DNA of 36,324 bases from a virus. Below are positions 10,801 to 18,100 of the stretch, in pieces (position 1 is the first letter of the stretch; each line of letters opens with the position of its first letter). The stretch covers positions 1 through 36,324 of IMG/VR virus record IMGVR_UViG_3300038566_000156. One strand, given 5' to 3'. The notes under the pieces are model-generated. The model saw only the letters and a list, made by a program, of their open reading frames with translations. It searched no databases and had not been told where the DNA came from. A program made the translations under genes and the position numbers.

Positions 10801-13800
10801 ACATTGAAGACCTGCCCGATGGCAGCTTTAAATCTTCAGAACGCCAGACGGGTGTTGCCACAGTGATGGTGACGATTGATAAGCCTGATACCAATACGCT
10901 AAACCGCCGAGAAGATGAGCAGCCAGCGAAGCTAAATAGCGGCCAGCCTTCGGTTGTGCACGCCCCAGGTCATAACTATGTAGACCTTTATCGCTCCACC
11001 GGCATTCCTTCACGCAAGGAAGTTTTCACCATTGAGGGCCGCAGCATTAAGATGCCAGCAGAGCCGCAGCGTATAGAGCCAATTATGCGCCAGCTAGTAA
11101 AGATCATGGGCCGCAGAATTTACAACGGCAAAATCAAAGGTAAATCAGTACAAGGATTTTACCGTAGCGATGTTGGTGAGCTTAGAACCGCTCGCAAGAA
11201 TGATGTTGAGATTTTGGCGCATGAAATGGCTCACTACCTCGACCTATATTCAAATGTCTCTTTGCCTAACTTCAAAAGGCTTTATAAGCAGGCCGCGTTT
11301 AAAGATGAGGTTGCAGCACTAAGCTATACCGATGATAAAAAATTGGAGCTGCTAGAAGGCTTTGCCGAGTTTGTGCGCCTATGGCTGACCAATTCAAACG
11401 AAGCGAAGCTAAGAGCGCCAGGCTTTTATGATGCCTTTGTTAAAGAGCTTGCGCGTGATCGCAAGCTATTGAATCCAATGCGTGACATGCAGGAAGCAAT
11501 GCACAAGTTTTACTTCCAAGGTTCTGACAAGCTTGGGCAAGCGCTTATTGGTCGTGACGAAGGTGTTTATGGGAAGTTCATGGATTGGACCTATCGCCGT
11601 GACAGCCTTGTTCGCCAAGAAACAATTGATAAGTTTCACGCAGCGCGAGAAGTTGAAAAAGAATTAACCGGTAAGCTAAGCGATCCAGTACAGGGCTCAG
11701 CGTGGAAGCAATTCAGAATTGCAAACGGCGGATATGAGGGCATAGCAGAATACATTATGAACTATGGCACCTTAGAGTTTGCCGAAAACGGTGACCTGGT
11801 TCGCAGTGGTAAAAGCCTTTATGAAATCCTAAAGCCGGTCGATGAACTCAAGGGGTTGATTAAAGCTGATCCAAAATACAAAGGCCAAAAGCCTATTGAT
11901 TTATTAATGCGTTACTTTGCCGGACGTAGAGCTTTGGAACTTCACCGCCAAGGCCGCGAGAATCTTATTCCTAAAGAAACCGCTAAGGAATGGGCAAAGA
12001 TGGGAAGAACATTCCCGATGTTCGGGAATATTTTCATTGAGTATCAAGAGTTCAATACTCGCATGATGGATATGTACCAGCAGGCAGGTCTATTGACTCC
12101 TGAAGCGCGTCAAACAATGGAGTCCGTTAATAAAGATTATGTCCCATTCAACCGATTGCGCGATAGCCTAGAAGAAGGCAAGGGCGGCGGTGGCGGATTT
12201 CAGCGCTTAAAAGGCGGCACTGCTAACCTTGAAGATATTCTTCACAATATTCAAGACGGCGTAACATCAAACGTAAAAGCCGCACTGGATGCAAAAGCAA
12301 AGCAGCGCTTGTATCAATACATTGCTAATCACCGTGACGGGGCTATTTGGGCGACTAAGATAGCGCCAGATTCCAAGCTAGTTAAAACTCACTTGGCCGA
12401 CATGGAAAAGAAAATTGGCGAAGTGCTAGAAGCTTCAGGCGTAGTGATTGAGGGCGAACTAGATTTAAGCGACCCAGGCTTATTAAACTTTTGGCAGCAT
12501 GGCGTAAAGCCAACGCTAACCGAGTCGGGTAATTTTGTTGATACCGTTTTAATAAATGGCAAGCCGCAATATTTTGAAGTGCAAGACCCGCTACTGCAGG
12601 AAATGCTATTGACCATGAATGGCGAATCTTACAGCTCGCTAATGAATGGCATGTTTGCGGTGAAAAACTTCTTCACCCGTAGCATTACATTAGGCGTTGA
12701 ATTTACTGGGGCCAACCTGGTGCGCGATACAATTGGCGCGACCTTCATTAGTAAAAATAAGTTCATGCCTTTCGTTGGTTCATTCAAAGGAATGTATTCG
12801 TACCTATCAAGGGATGAGCACTTTCAAGACTTTATGCGTTCCGGTGGTGGTTACTCTAGCCGCTTACATGGAAGCACCAAAGCAGGCAAGGCTCGCCAGC
12901 GTGTGCAAATTAAAGACGTTGGCGTGGGTAATAGAACTCAGCGCATGCTAAGCGCATTCGATAATATTATGAGCGCGTTTGAATACGGTACTCGTATCGG
13001 TGAATTCAGACTGGCCAAAAAGAACGGCGCAAGCGATATGGATGCAGCCTTTGCAGCACGCGAAATATCGACCGACTTCAGTGTTTACGGGGCTAACCAT
13101 TTCTTGACGGGCTACATTCGCACTGTGCCTTTCTTGAATGCAATGATTCAGTCTCAAGATCGTGTATTTAGAGAAGCGTTTATTAAAAACAAGTACGGCG
13201 GTAACCCTACAGGATTGGCAATGAAAGCCTTTCTAGGCCTGACCGTACCAACGCTATTGCTTTGGCTGTTCAACAAGGATGACGAAGAATACAAAGAGAT
13301 TCCAGATCATGAGAAGCGCACCAATTGGCATATACCCCTAGGCAATGGCCGATTTATGAAAATGCCGCGCCCTTACGATGTTGGTTTTGTTTATGCCACT
13401 ATGCCAGAGCTTTTCTTTAAGTACTTAGAAGACGAAAACGGAAAAGAGTATGCCGAAGGTATGGCTTGGACAATGCTACAAATGTACGGCATTGACGGCG
13501 TTCCTGCAGCGGCTCAAGGCTGGTGGGATATTACCCGCAACAAGAAATGGACGGGTGCGCCAGTTGTGCCGCATGGAATGGCCGATGTGTCAGCAACTAA
13601 TCAATACAATTCAAACACCAGTGAAACCTTTATTCGATTAGGCCAAGCGCTTGGAATGAGCCCGATAAAAGCAGAGCATGCCTTTAAAGCTCAGACTGGT
13701 TACCTGGGCGGCTACTTGCTTTGGGGAACTGAGAAGCTAATGTGGGATGAAGACAAGTTTGGCGAAATGCCAGACAAAGACGTTTCTAGCAATATTTTCA

Positions 13801-14276
13801 TTAAGCGATTCCTTACGCCAGAAACTCGACCTAATAACCGCAGCATGGAAAAGTTCTTTGATTTAAAAGAACAATCTGACCGTGTGACCGCAGACTTTAA
13901 AGCCGGTATTGATATTCGCAGAATGATTAAAGGCGACAAGCAAACAGAATTTGAAAAAGACGATACGTTCTTTGGGCTAAGCAAAGGCGAAAAAGAAGTA
14001 TTGTTTGCACTGAACGATTCAATGAATGATCTAATCAGTATTGCTTACGGTAAGGAAGGAATAAAGACTCAAGAGCATTCAATACGCTACAATCCTAAAC
14101 TAACTGCCGAGCAAAAACGCGAAAGCCTTGATAAGCTATGGCAACAAAGAAACGCAATGTTCACTCAATACTATAACGAAGCTACCAAGGCGCTAGACAA
14201 AGCCAAGAAGGTTGCTAAGAAAACAGGCATTGAAGGATCACGAAACGAACTAATGAAAAATAAAGAAGGTAAATAA
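4836..14276 (+). CDS. Giant polyvalent protein (3146 aa) in the P22 gp16 ejection-protein slot. It carries a ParB-like domain, two mini-GNATs, an N6A DNA methyltransferase, a zincin metallopeptidase and a large C-terminal module.
   Basis: GTG start with RBS AAGGAGA at 4822..4828, followed by 9.4 kb of uninterrupted ORF. Motifs: 'GRHSLDLAKRSG' (6492..6527), 'RRQGIAT' (7485..7505), 'QRQGLAT' (8361..8381), 'VLEPSAGKG' (10455..10481), 'NPPF' (10641..10652), 'HEMAH' (11220..11234). K/E/A-rich linkers separate the modules. Confidence 0.85.
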   Translation: MSQFIADFRKKNPQYNDMADDQLVSALHRKYYSDMDVEAFNQKIGYQSVAEQPIEQVQAVEPQVEPTQAKAIQSEVIPQQEVIEQQEQEPSMFDMVSSKLNELAADPVPNAVKGAIERAGDVGAGFLTTINTAAREAEQSMPIGGFVWDGGVLPSYKGPEEYQAYLQQGGKDILAETEESAKGLEAGYIPTHTWEEVKREFSEGGALSGSAWGEVVGYIGEQGVKSIPDMAAALLNLPSYIIARSGEIGETRAENKGKDKTDLIDIVEAVPFAVGSALLERIGAKGITEAGAEAFGKEALKSGFKEAAKRTAKAGAKAGTKEAVTEAIQEGMIEYAGERLGTNAKMTLAESLDLAAAGAVAGGGMGGGAGTVSAGYKEATYNPEAELGKALNNLIDQSRFEIDQEAITRQFDPANAQLEARPQQESTEGTIKLKPHTPLELTGEFEGVQPKGEFAPGMPESTPAVYDIPEAPKNTKQIAEEKAEPKEQGQIKGLAVVEAPIDEVTLSSDVPQFKEGANASGVVEPLGGKFERTGVAPIQIWVREDGRKEVISGRHSLDLAKRSGEQTIPAQYHYESEGFTVEQAASLDAILNIREGQGKVKDYVEFIQATKPTEAEAAAQGILARQTGKRAFTIADSGSDTLIASHRANQISDEAATRIARAAPKNDALQSVGIKAIQDGKTIIMAENLVKAVGSMTTDKQQATDDLFGFDDSAMKEAVELAKKVGKKQAEIQRTLTAVTGAAKNPELARKEGVDVKDPEGIKKKIKQLKSKKKAWDNWHTNPKLMEQLTGKKKADQLPAKEEVTKKEEKSYDVDKWNYKQGKADSTQPVRTKTVKGITLNVSESFEDKQMFALNSDGEVVGDLFFSFDEGKLYGSVEVREDSRRQGIATMMYDFASEIEGVEINPSEGHTDDAAAFWADRKAKKKPELSQSDADRLIADVKSSDLGVSRTNALIKDITDAVNGKQESVKRQLKNLAELNDKQSKSETKAKTEETKAKTKKTQQESKAALEKEQKRERIYSGNYEGLQPNYVTWLKSLSDTKRKELFAKGSNPTIANSEFIAYKPDFDLGQQTEADIKAAEEKQAKAKAEEKAAEAKAEADKQVDDFVLAGSDRVADQAEARGQAGLFDAPAEPKAQQTDSTIEIKRDGKTVASVDYSVFEGIPAVKMINTDPDYQRQGLATEALIKLQAKFPDVEIDLGSLTGDGAKLIDSLEYNVIGSGDYESTVNKLEETEAKLEEYSELAENFNFSEATEAERLEYREATKDWDDLHDLKNDLENELAELEPSKKIIIGKKKKAEPKAKKEPVASSKKEPATKDPIKLDYSNNAVIAFHKFRESTGKGTATKQDIQSSFDDLVESKDAVLAQLKKLTKAQLLKYVGRSDLKKPAMVEAAYKTMLSAHVFGDMVMTIFGGSKTYEEQIAEKVAKQTQEQIETDYERQREARAERDKRKESFVKSLTNPETLAEYKEFIRVRGKAKLTTEQLKTYDTLVADSMLEEDKAKPKTVQGEAEAVETTRAETTHAKKGHQLFVVSLVNRVSKEQYKELNDKAKEFGGYYSAYNKAGAIPGFQFKTIEEADQFEQVLKGKDTDKSDFEEAKADVKNSKQADKLMEMADKLEAKGNESLGQDRQTNTGKRAAQAASASEKAYKQIATAQTVKQIATKMAAGEIVYLGKMTQITQLEELKAIQRKAVPSSMMHSEYDGYSISNSMKEGVTVEDYINNVRMPELFIDKERAKRFSDKLDGVKGFSRFSAELKKLPMAEGKVHLGRLTKDQVKKIHDAVKAGHLSSYELGFIPDREKTMNRLDKLGIKTDEQLRTAIRELDSLTVTEQKEDPIKKLERDLVGKKIEGYFPTPRELVEQMIDYAEIQPGHQVLEPSAGKGNIADIIKESEPNAEIDVIEINQGLRSMLEIKGYNVVSNDFTEYDGKQYDRIIMNPPFENFQDIDHVKHAYELLKPGGKLVAIMGAGVKNSRKKAVEFRQWIDESGSYIEDLPDGSFKSSERQTGVATVMVTIDKPDTNTLNRREDEQPAKLNSGQPSVVHAPGHNYVDLYRSTGIPSRKEVFTIEGRSIKMPAEPQRIEPIMRQLVKIMGRRIYNGKIKGKSVQGFYRSDVGELRTARKNDVEILAHEMAHYLDLYSNVSLPNFKRLYKQAAFKDEVAALSYTDDKKLELLEGFAEFVRLWLTNSNEAKLRAPGFYDAFVKELARDRKLLNPMRDMQEAMHKFYFQGSDKLGQALIGRDEGVYGKFMDWTYRRDSLVRQETIDKFHAAREVEKELTGKLSDPVQGSAWKQFRIANGGYEGIAEYIMNYGTLEFAENGDLVRSGKSLYEILKPVDELKGLIKADPKYKGQKPIDLLMRYFAGRRALELHRQGRENLIPKETAKEWAKMGRTFPMFGNIFIEYQEFNTRMMDMYQQAGLLTPEARQTMESVNKDYVPFNRLRDSLEEGKGGGGGFQRLKGGTANLEDILHNIQDGVTSNVKAALDAKAKQRLYQYIANHRDGAIWATKIAPDSKLVKTHLADMEKKIGEVLEASGVVIEGELDLSDPGLLNFWQHGVKPTLTESGNFVDTVLINGKPQYFEVQDPLLQEMLLTMNGESYSSLMNGMFAVKNFFTRSITLGVEFTGANLVRDTIGATFISKNKFMPFVGSFKGMYSYLSRDEHFQDFMRSGGGYSSRLHGSTKAGKARQRVQIKDVGVGNRTQRMLSAFDNIMSAFEYGTRIGEFRLAKKNGASDMDAAFAAREISTDFSVYGANHFLTGYIRTVPFLNAMIQSQDRVFREAFIKNKYGGNPTGLAMKAFLGLTVPTLLLWLFNKDDEEYKEIPDHEKRTNWHIPLGNGRFMKMPRPYDVGFVYATMPELFFKYLEDENGKEYAEGMAWTMLQMYGIDGVPAAAQGWWDITRNKKWTGAPVVPHGMADVSATNQYNSNTSETFIRLGQALGMSPIKAEHAFKAQTGYLGGYLLWGTEKLMWDEDKFGEMPDKDVSSNIFIKRFLTPETRPNNRSMEKFFDLKEQSDRVTADFKAGIDIRRMIKGDKQTEFEKDDTFFGLSKGEKEVLFALNDSMNDLISIAYGKEGIKTQEHSIRYNPKLTAEQKRESLDKLWQQRNAMFTQYYNEATKALDKAKKVAKKTGIEGSRNELMKNKEGK

Positions 14277-14277
14277 T

Positions 14278-17112
14278 ATGGCAGTTTCAATGATTGGCCC
14301 AAAGTTCTACGCTTTCGACCGTGACGGCAAGCCATTAGCTTTTGGCAAGGTTTACACCTACAAAGCGCGAACCAATGATCCAAAAGCAACATACACAAAT
14401 GAAGATAGCATTACCGCAAACACCAATCCCGTTATCTTGAATGGCGAGGGATATGCGGATATTTACTTAACTGGATCGTATAAGGTTGTCGTTAAAGACA
14501 AAGACGGTAATGAGATATGGACAGCAGACCCGGTAAGCGAGGCGGCAGGCATTGGATTTTCTTATATTGTTACTGCTTATTATGCTTCATCATCATCATT
14601 TAATATTCTAGGCGATCATCAAGAAGCTTTTGCCATTGGTGCGCGTGTTGAGCTTTCATTCTTGGATGCCTTGAAAACTGAAACAACGGTTACAGCTTCA
14701 AGTTTTGATGGAACTAACACGGCTGTAGAAGTATTCGACACAGTGGTTCGCACAAGCATCACTAGTGCTGGAATATCAACCGGGTTTTCCTCTTTAGCTG
14801 ACTTTTCAGAGTTATCTTCTTCGCAATTAACAGAGCAAAAGGCACAATTTCAGAGTCGCTTTGCACTGGTGCAGCCTGCTTTAAGCTGGACAGCCAATAC
14901 ACTGGTTGATAATCCGCTCCAGCTTTACAGCACAGGAACGCAAGGCGTTTCTGTTTATCAACAATGGCTACCCGACCCAAATCAACTACCTTTCACTACA
15001 GGTAACACATTTGCAGAAGATCAGGCGTTAGGTCGTTGGAGTGAGTCGCGAGTTGCGAGCGTTGATTATGTTGATAACGCAAAAGCAGACGCTATTAGTG
15101 AGTCAGCGTCATATGTGAATGAGTCATCAATTACTTTTGATAGTCTCACAACAGCAATATCAAAAATAACAAATCATCCAGAATCATATAAGCGGCTATC
15201 TACTTTAAGTTTTCGCAATGCTGATGAGTGTAGCGCGCTAGGGATAAAGTACCCAGATGGGGGCGGTGCTGAGTATGTTGTTGAAGCATTAGGCACTCCT
15301 GACGGCTATGGAGATCACGCAGCAGGAACCAAACAACTCACACTGAACGAGACAAACGTAAATACTAGAATGTACGGTACACGTTCCACAGCGTCATTTG
15401 ATAATCACAGCCGAATTATGGCTGCACTATTAGCTAATAAATCTGTTGAGGTTTTAGACGATGTTTTATTAGTGTCTGATGAGTTAGAGATACCAGAAAA
15501 CACTACGCTTTTCTCTGACAGCTTAGCTGGTGAAATTAAAGCGATGGATACTTTTACTGGCTCTAATATTGTTTCTATAGTGAACTATGGCGCTAGTGCA
15601 AAAGGTCTTAGAGTAACAGGTAATAGCAATATTACCGCTGCTGATGTTGAGAATCTAACTGAAAAATTTAATGATTATGACACTGCTGTTGCTATGGCAG
15701 ACGTGGGAGATTTGAATGGTATTAACGTGTCATCTGAACGATGTACTGTTGAAGATAATTACGTTACTCAATGCTCTGGTTACGGAATAAAAACAGAGTA
15801 CAACGCTGTTGGTTCTCAGCAACCGTTATCACGACACATTGCAAAAAATACTTTTGCTTACAATATGGTAGGGATGTACGAGGACGAGCGTTCAGAGTAC
15901 GCCGTATTGCTGAGCAATACATTCAAATACAACTACTACGGGGTTATTTGTGTCGGTGGTAATAACTCACATGTTGGTAATAAAATCGACCATAACCGTG
16001 TAAACGTCATGCTGTTATCAGGATTGAATGATAGCCATGGCGAATTTACTGGCGGATCAATGAATCACGCTAAGCTGGGAACACTGTTAGTTGACAAAGT
16101 CGGTAACGGCGAATTGTTTACAGGTGTTAGTATTTTCGATGGTGGTGCCCTAGGGATAACGATCAAAGAGTCACGCGGTGTGAAAATATCTGGTGGTACT
16201 ATCTCACGATGCGGAGTGTACTCAACTGGTGAATACGCGGACGCTTCCTTACCTGACAATGTGGGCACAAACCTGATTTCTAATAATCAATTCTATCTAT
16301 ACGGTGTAGATCATACTATCGAAGTTGAAGGTAGTAATACTAAACTTATTAGAAACAACGGTATGGAAGGTGTAAACGTAAGTACGTACGAAGAAACATT
16401 AAATAATGGAAAGTACGACGCAGAGCTTTGGCAAGCTAGGGGTGATGGTACAACTCCTGTTTACAGCGGAAGGGATATTGCAAGTTATTTCACAGGATTG
16501 GTTAATACAGCTGGAGCGGTAGCTATTAAATTTCCACAACCTATGAGCAATTTCGCTTTTAAGATGAATGTTGAAATAATAGGCTTGTCGAATCTACCAG
16601 TTGATTTGGTAATCACTGGTTACGTAGCTGGTGGTAGCCCGTATACTTGGACTGTTGCAAGCGTGACTAATAATACGTCAAATAACATATATGATATAAA
16701 CTTTGGTTTTTTAGCTGATAACACGCCTGTTATTTATATTGGTAATACTACATCTAATTTCAGATACCAGTTCATTAATATAAAAAACTTTACCGGCTTT
16801 CTTGGTAACTTTAAATCACTGCACTATTATAAATACAATTGGATTATAGATAGAGAATCAACTGCTTTACAGGGTGTAACTAAAACAGTTACATCGCCTG
16901 CTCTGCAATTCACCGGAGATTTAGATACCATCCTGACTATTTATGAATCACCTGTTTCACCAAGTGCGGCAAATTTACCCGTCGCTCATGCGGGGTATAT
17001 AGTATCAAAAATTGTAGGGAGCAGCGGTTATCACGAGTACACAACTGTGATCGGTGCTCGGTATGTTCGAGGGTATAATGCAGGAGCATTCGGTGGGTGG
17101 GGATTAAAATAG
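14278..17112 (+). CDS. Tailspike with a right-handed parallel beta-helix (probable polysaccharide depolymerase)
   Basis: The N-terminal ~90 aa 'FYAFDRDGKPLAFGKVYTYKARTNDPKATYTNEDS...GNEIWTADPV' is the conserved particle-binding module seen in many podovirus spikes. The central region has PbH1-like repeats ('VEDNYVTQCSGYGIKT', 'IAKNTFAYNMVGM', 'LSNTFKYNYYGVICVGGNNSHVGNKIDHNRVNV', 'GITIKESRGVKISGGTISRCG'). It starts 1 nt after the giant ORF. Confidence 0.8.
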   Translation: MAVSMIGPKFYAFDRDGKPLAFGKVYTYKARTNDPKATYTNEDSITANTNPVILNGEGYADIYLTGSYKVVVKDKDGNEIWTADPVSEAAGIGFSYIVTAYYASSSSFNILGDHQEAFAIGARVELSFLDALKTETTVTASSFDGTNTAVEVFDTVVRTSITSAGISTGFSSLADFSELSSSQLTEQKAQFQSRFALVQPALSWTANTLVDNPLQLYSTGTQGVSVYQQWLPDPNQLPFTTGNTFAEDQALGRWSESRVASVDYVDNAKADAISESASYVNESSITFDSLTTAISKITNHPESYKRLSTLSFRNADECSALGIKYPDGGGAEYVVEALGTPDGYGDHAAGTKQLTLNETNVNTRMYGTRSTASFDNHSRIMAALLANKSVEVLDDVLLVSDELEIPENTTLFSDSLAGEIKAMDTFTGSNIVSIVNYGASAKGLRVTGNSNITAADVENLTEKFNDYDTAVAMADVGDLNGINVSSERCTVEDNYVTQCSGYGIKTEYNAVGSQQPLSRHIAKNTFAYNMVGMYEDERSEYAVLLSNTFKYNYYGVICVGGNNSHVGNKIDHNRVNVMLLSGLNDSHGEFTGGSMNHAKLGTLLVDKVGNGELFTGVSIFDGGALGITIKESRGVKISGGTISRCGVYSTGEYADASLPDNVGTNLISNNQFYLYGVDHTIEVEGSNTKLIRNNGMEGVNVSTYEETLNNGKYDAELWQARGDGTTPVYSGRDIASYFTGLVNTAGAVAIKFPQPMSNFAFKMNVEIIGLSNLPVDLVITGYVAGGSPYTWTVASVTNNTSNNIYDINFGFLADNTPVIYIGNTTSNFRYQFINIKNFTGFLGNFKSLHYYKYNWIIDRESTALQGVTKTVTSPALQFTGDLDTILTIYESPVSPSAANLPVAHAGYIVSKIVGSSGYHEYTTVIGARYVRGYNAGAFGGWGLK

Positions 17113-17121
17113 GAAGCAACA

Positions 17122-17144
17122 AGCCGCACGGACGCGGCTATTTT
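17122..17144 (+). terminator. Candidate rho-independent terminator after the tailspike
   Basis: Stem AGCCGC (17122..17127) pairs with GCGGCT (17134..17139) across a 6-nt loop and is followed by ATTTT. Confidence 0.45.
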
Positions 17145-17292
17145 ACGACGTGGTACTTCAGGAATTATCATTCCGTTGATGGCTAGCGTTCCAACAAGAG
17201 TAAGGACAAGCAATGAACAAAGATAAAATGCTAGATGACAGGGGCAGGCCAATCAACCAATCCCTGTTTTTAGAAATTTTGTGATTTGTTCT

Positions 17293-17323
17293 AAAATAAA
17301 CAAAAGCCTACTAATCAGTAGGC
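17293..17323 (-). terminator. Rho-independent terminator of the leftward operon (hairpin may also act on the + strand)
   Basis: A 7-bp stem GCCTACT/AGTAGGC (17306..17312 and 17317..17323) with a 4-nt loop. On the - strand it is followed by TTTTGTTTATTTT. It overlaps the last codons of the NinG-like CDS. Confidence 0.6.
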
Positions 17324-17919
17324 CTTCTTTCCTCCACTCGCTTAATGGCTTTCTTGGTTATTTTTATAGCTCGTTTTATCCATTCAATATCGAAGTTGGT
17401 AATGTCTGATTTATGCTTTAGCAGGTAATCAAACCTTTCTTGGCCTATCTTCTCAATAATCGCTGGTGTGTATTCGCCAATATTCCCGGACAAGTGAGAA
17501 TTACATACCGAGCAAGACTTGTGTACGTTCCAAAGATTAAACCGTAAAGCCGAGCTATGGCCGCGTGAGTAGTAGTGCGAAGCGTGCCACTGGCCTTGCC
17601 AATCTTTAGGCTTATCGCAGCTAATACAGCCTAAATGCGAATCCCTAAGCCTTACATATTTATTAAATACTGCTTGAAGCTCTGCCAGCCATTTTGCTTT
17701 GGGTTTAACTCGTTCCTTGGCTTCTTTGTGCTTTGCCCGCTTAACTTTTTCAACGGCCAAATTATCGCGCTTAACCTTTGCCAACTGCTTCGCTTGCTGC
17801 TTCTTTCGCACTTCGCCAGCAAATAACATTGCATGGTCTACGGTACAGAATGTGCCTACTGGTAGAGTTACCCAGGTTTCAACATACTCTTTGCAGTGCT
17901 TGCACTTACGCTTTGCCAT
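17311..17919 (-). CDS. ninG: NinG/Rap-family recombination endonuclease
   Basis: 'MAKRKCKHCKEY...CISCD...WHASHYYSRGHSSALRFNLWNVHKSCSVCNSHLSGNIGEY' is the lambda NinG signature. I prefer the ATG at 17919 (RBS GGAG 8 nt upstream, 1-nt gap after the upstream ORF stop) over the ORF-track start at 17973. Confidence 0.8.
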   Translation of the reverse strand: MAKRKCKHCKEYVETWVTLPVGTFCTVDHAMLFAGEVRKKQQAKQLAKVKRDNLAVEKVKRAKHKEAKERVKPKAKWLAELQAVFNKYVRLRDSHLGCISCDKPKDWQGQWHASHYYSRGHSSALRFNLWNVHKSCSVCNSHLSGNIGEYTPAIIEKIGQERFDYLLKHKSDITNFDIEWIKRAIKITKKAIKRVEERRPTD

Positions 17920-17920
17920 T

Positions 17921-18100
17921 TTAATAACTCCGCCTTGTGCAGTTGTATATTCTACGGGCCTCGTTTCTGGCATTGGTAAAGCCGTGAATTATCTTTCCTC
18001 CAGGGGCGGCATATTTATCATCGCCGATTGAAACTAATCGAACATGCTTATGGATCGCGTCTTTGTACGTTACCGTTGGAATATGTTTAATATTACTCAC
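17921..18100 (-). CDS. Hypothetical small protein (about 59 aa from a GTG start)
   Basis: The GTG at 18100 overlaps the NinB-like stop (GTGAGTAA) and its own stop lies 1 nt before the NinG ATG. This tight packing suggests a real, translationally coupled gene. I recognise no homology. Confidence 0.4.
   Translation of the reverse strand: MSNIKHIPTVTYKDAIHKHVRLVSIGDDKYAAPGGKIIHGFTNARNEARRIYNCTRRSY

Noticed and set aside
5552-13984. Many 60-190-aa ORFs on the - strand or in alternative frames inside the giant gene (for example 7289..7855 at 188 aa, 5552..5797, 9420..9653 and 13712..13984).
   Set aside because: They lie entirely within a 9.4-kb ORF that has coherent enzyme motifs. Their translations are S/L/C/F-rich and low in complexity, which is the expected antisense reading of GAA/AAG/GCN-rich coding sequence. 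None has a convincing RBS.
17113-17310. A possible tRNA or small RNA gene in the 200-nt non-coding gap between the convergent operons.
   Set aside because: I could not fold a cloverleaf or find conserved T-loop (GTTCRANNC) or D-loop elements. The hairpins present are better explained as terminators.
17699-18031. A 110-aa + strand ORF, and the 17635..17826 + ORF, across the ninG region.
   Set aside because: They are antisense to the NinG homologue, which has an unambiguous family signature. They are most likely shadow ORFs.
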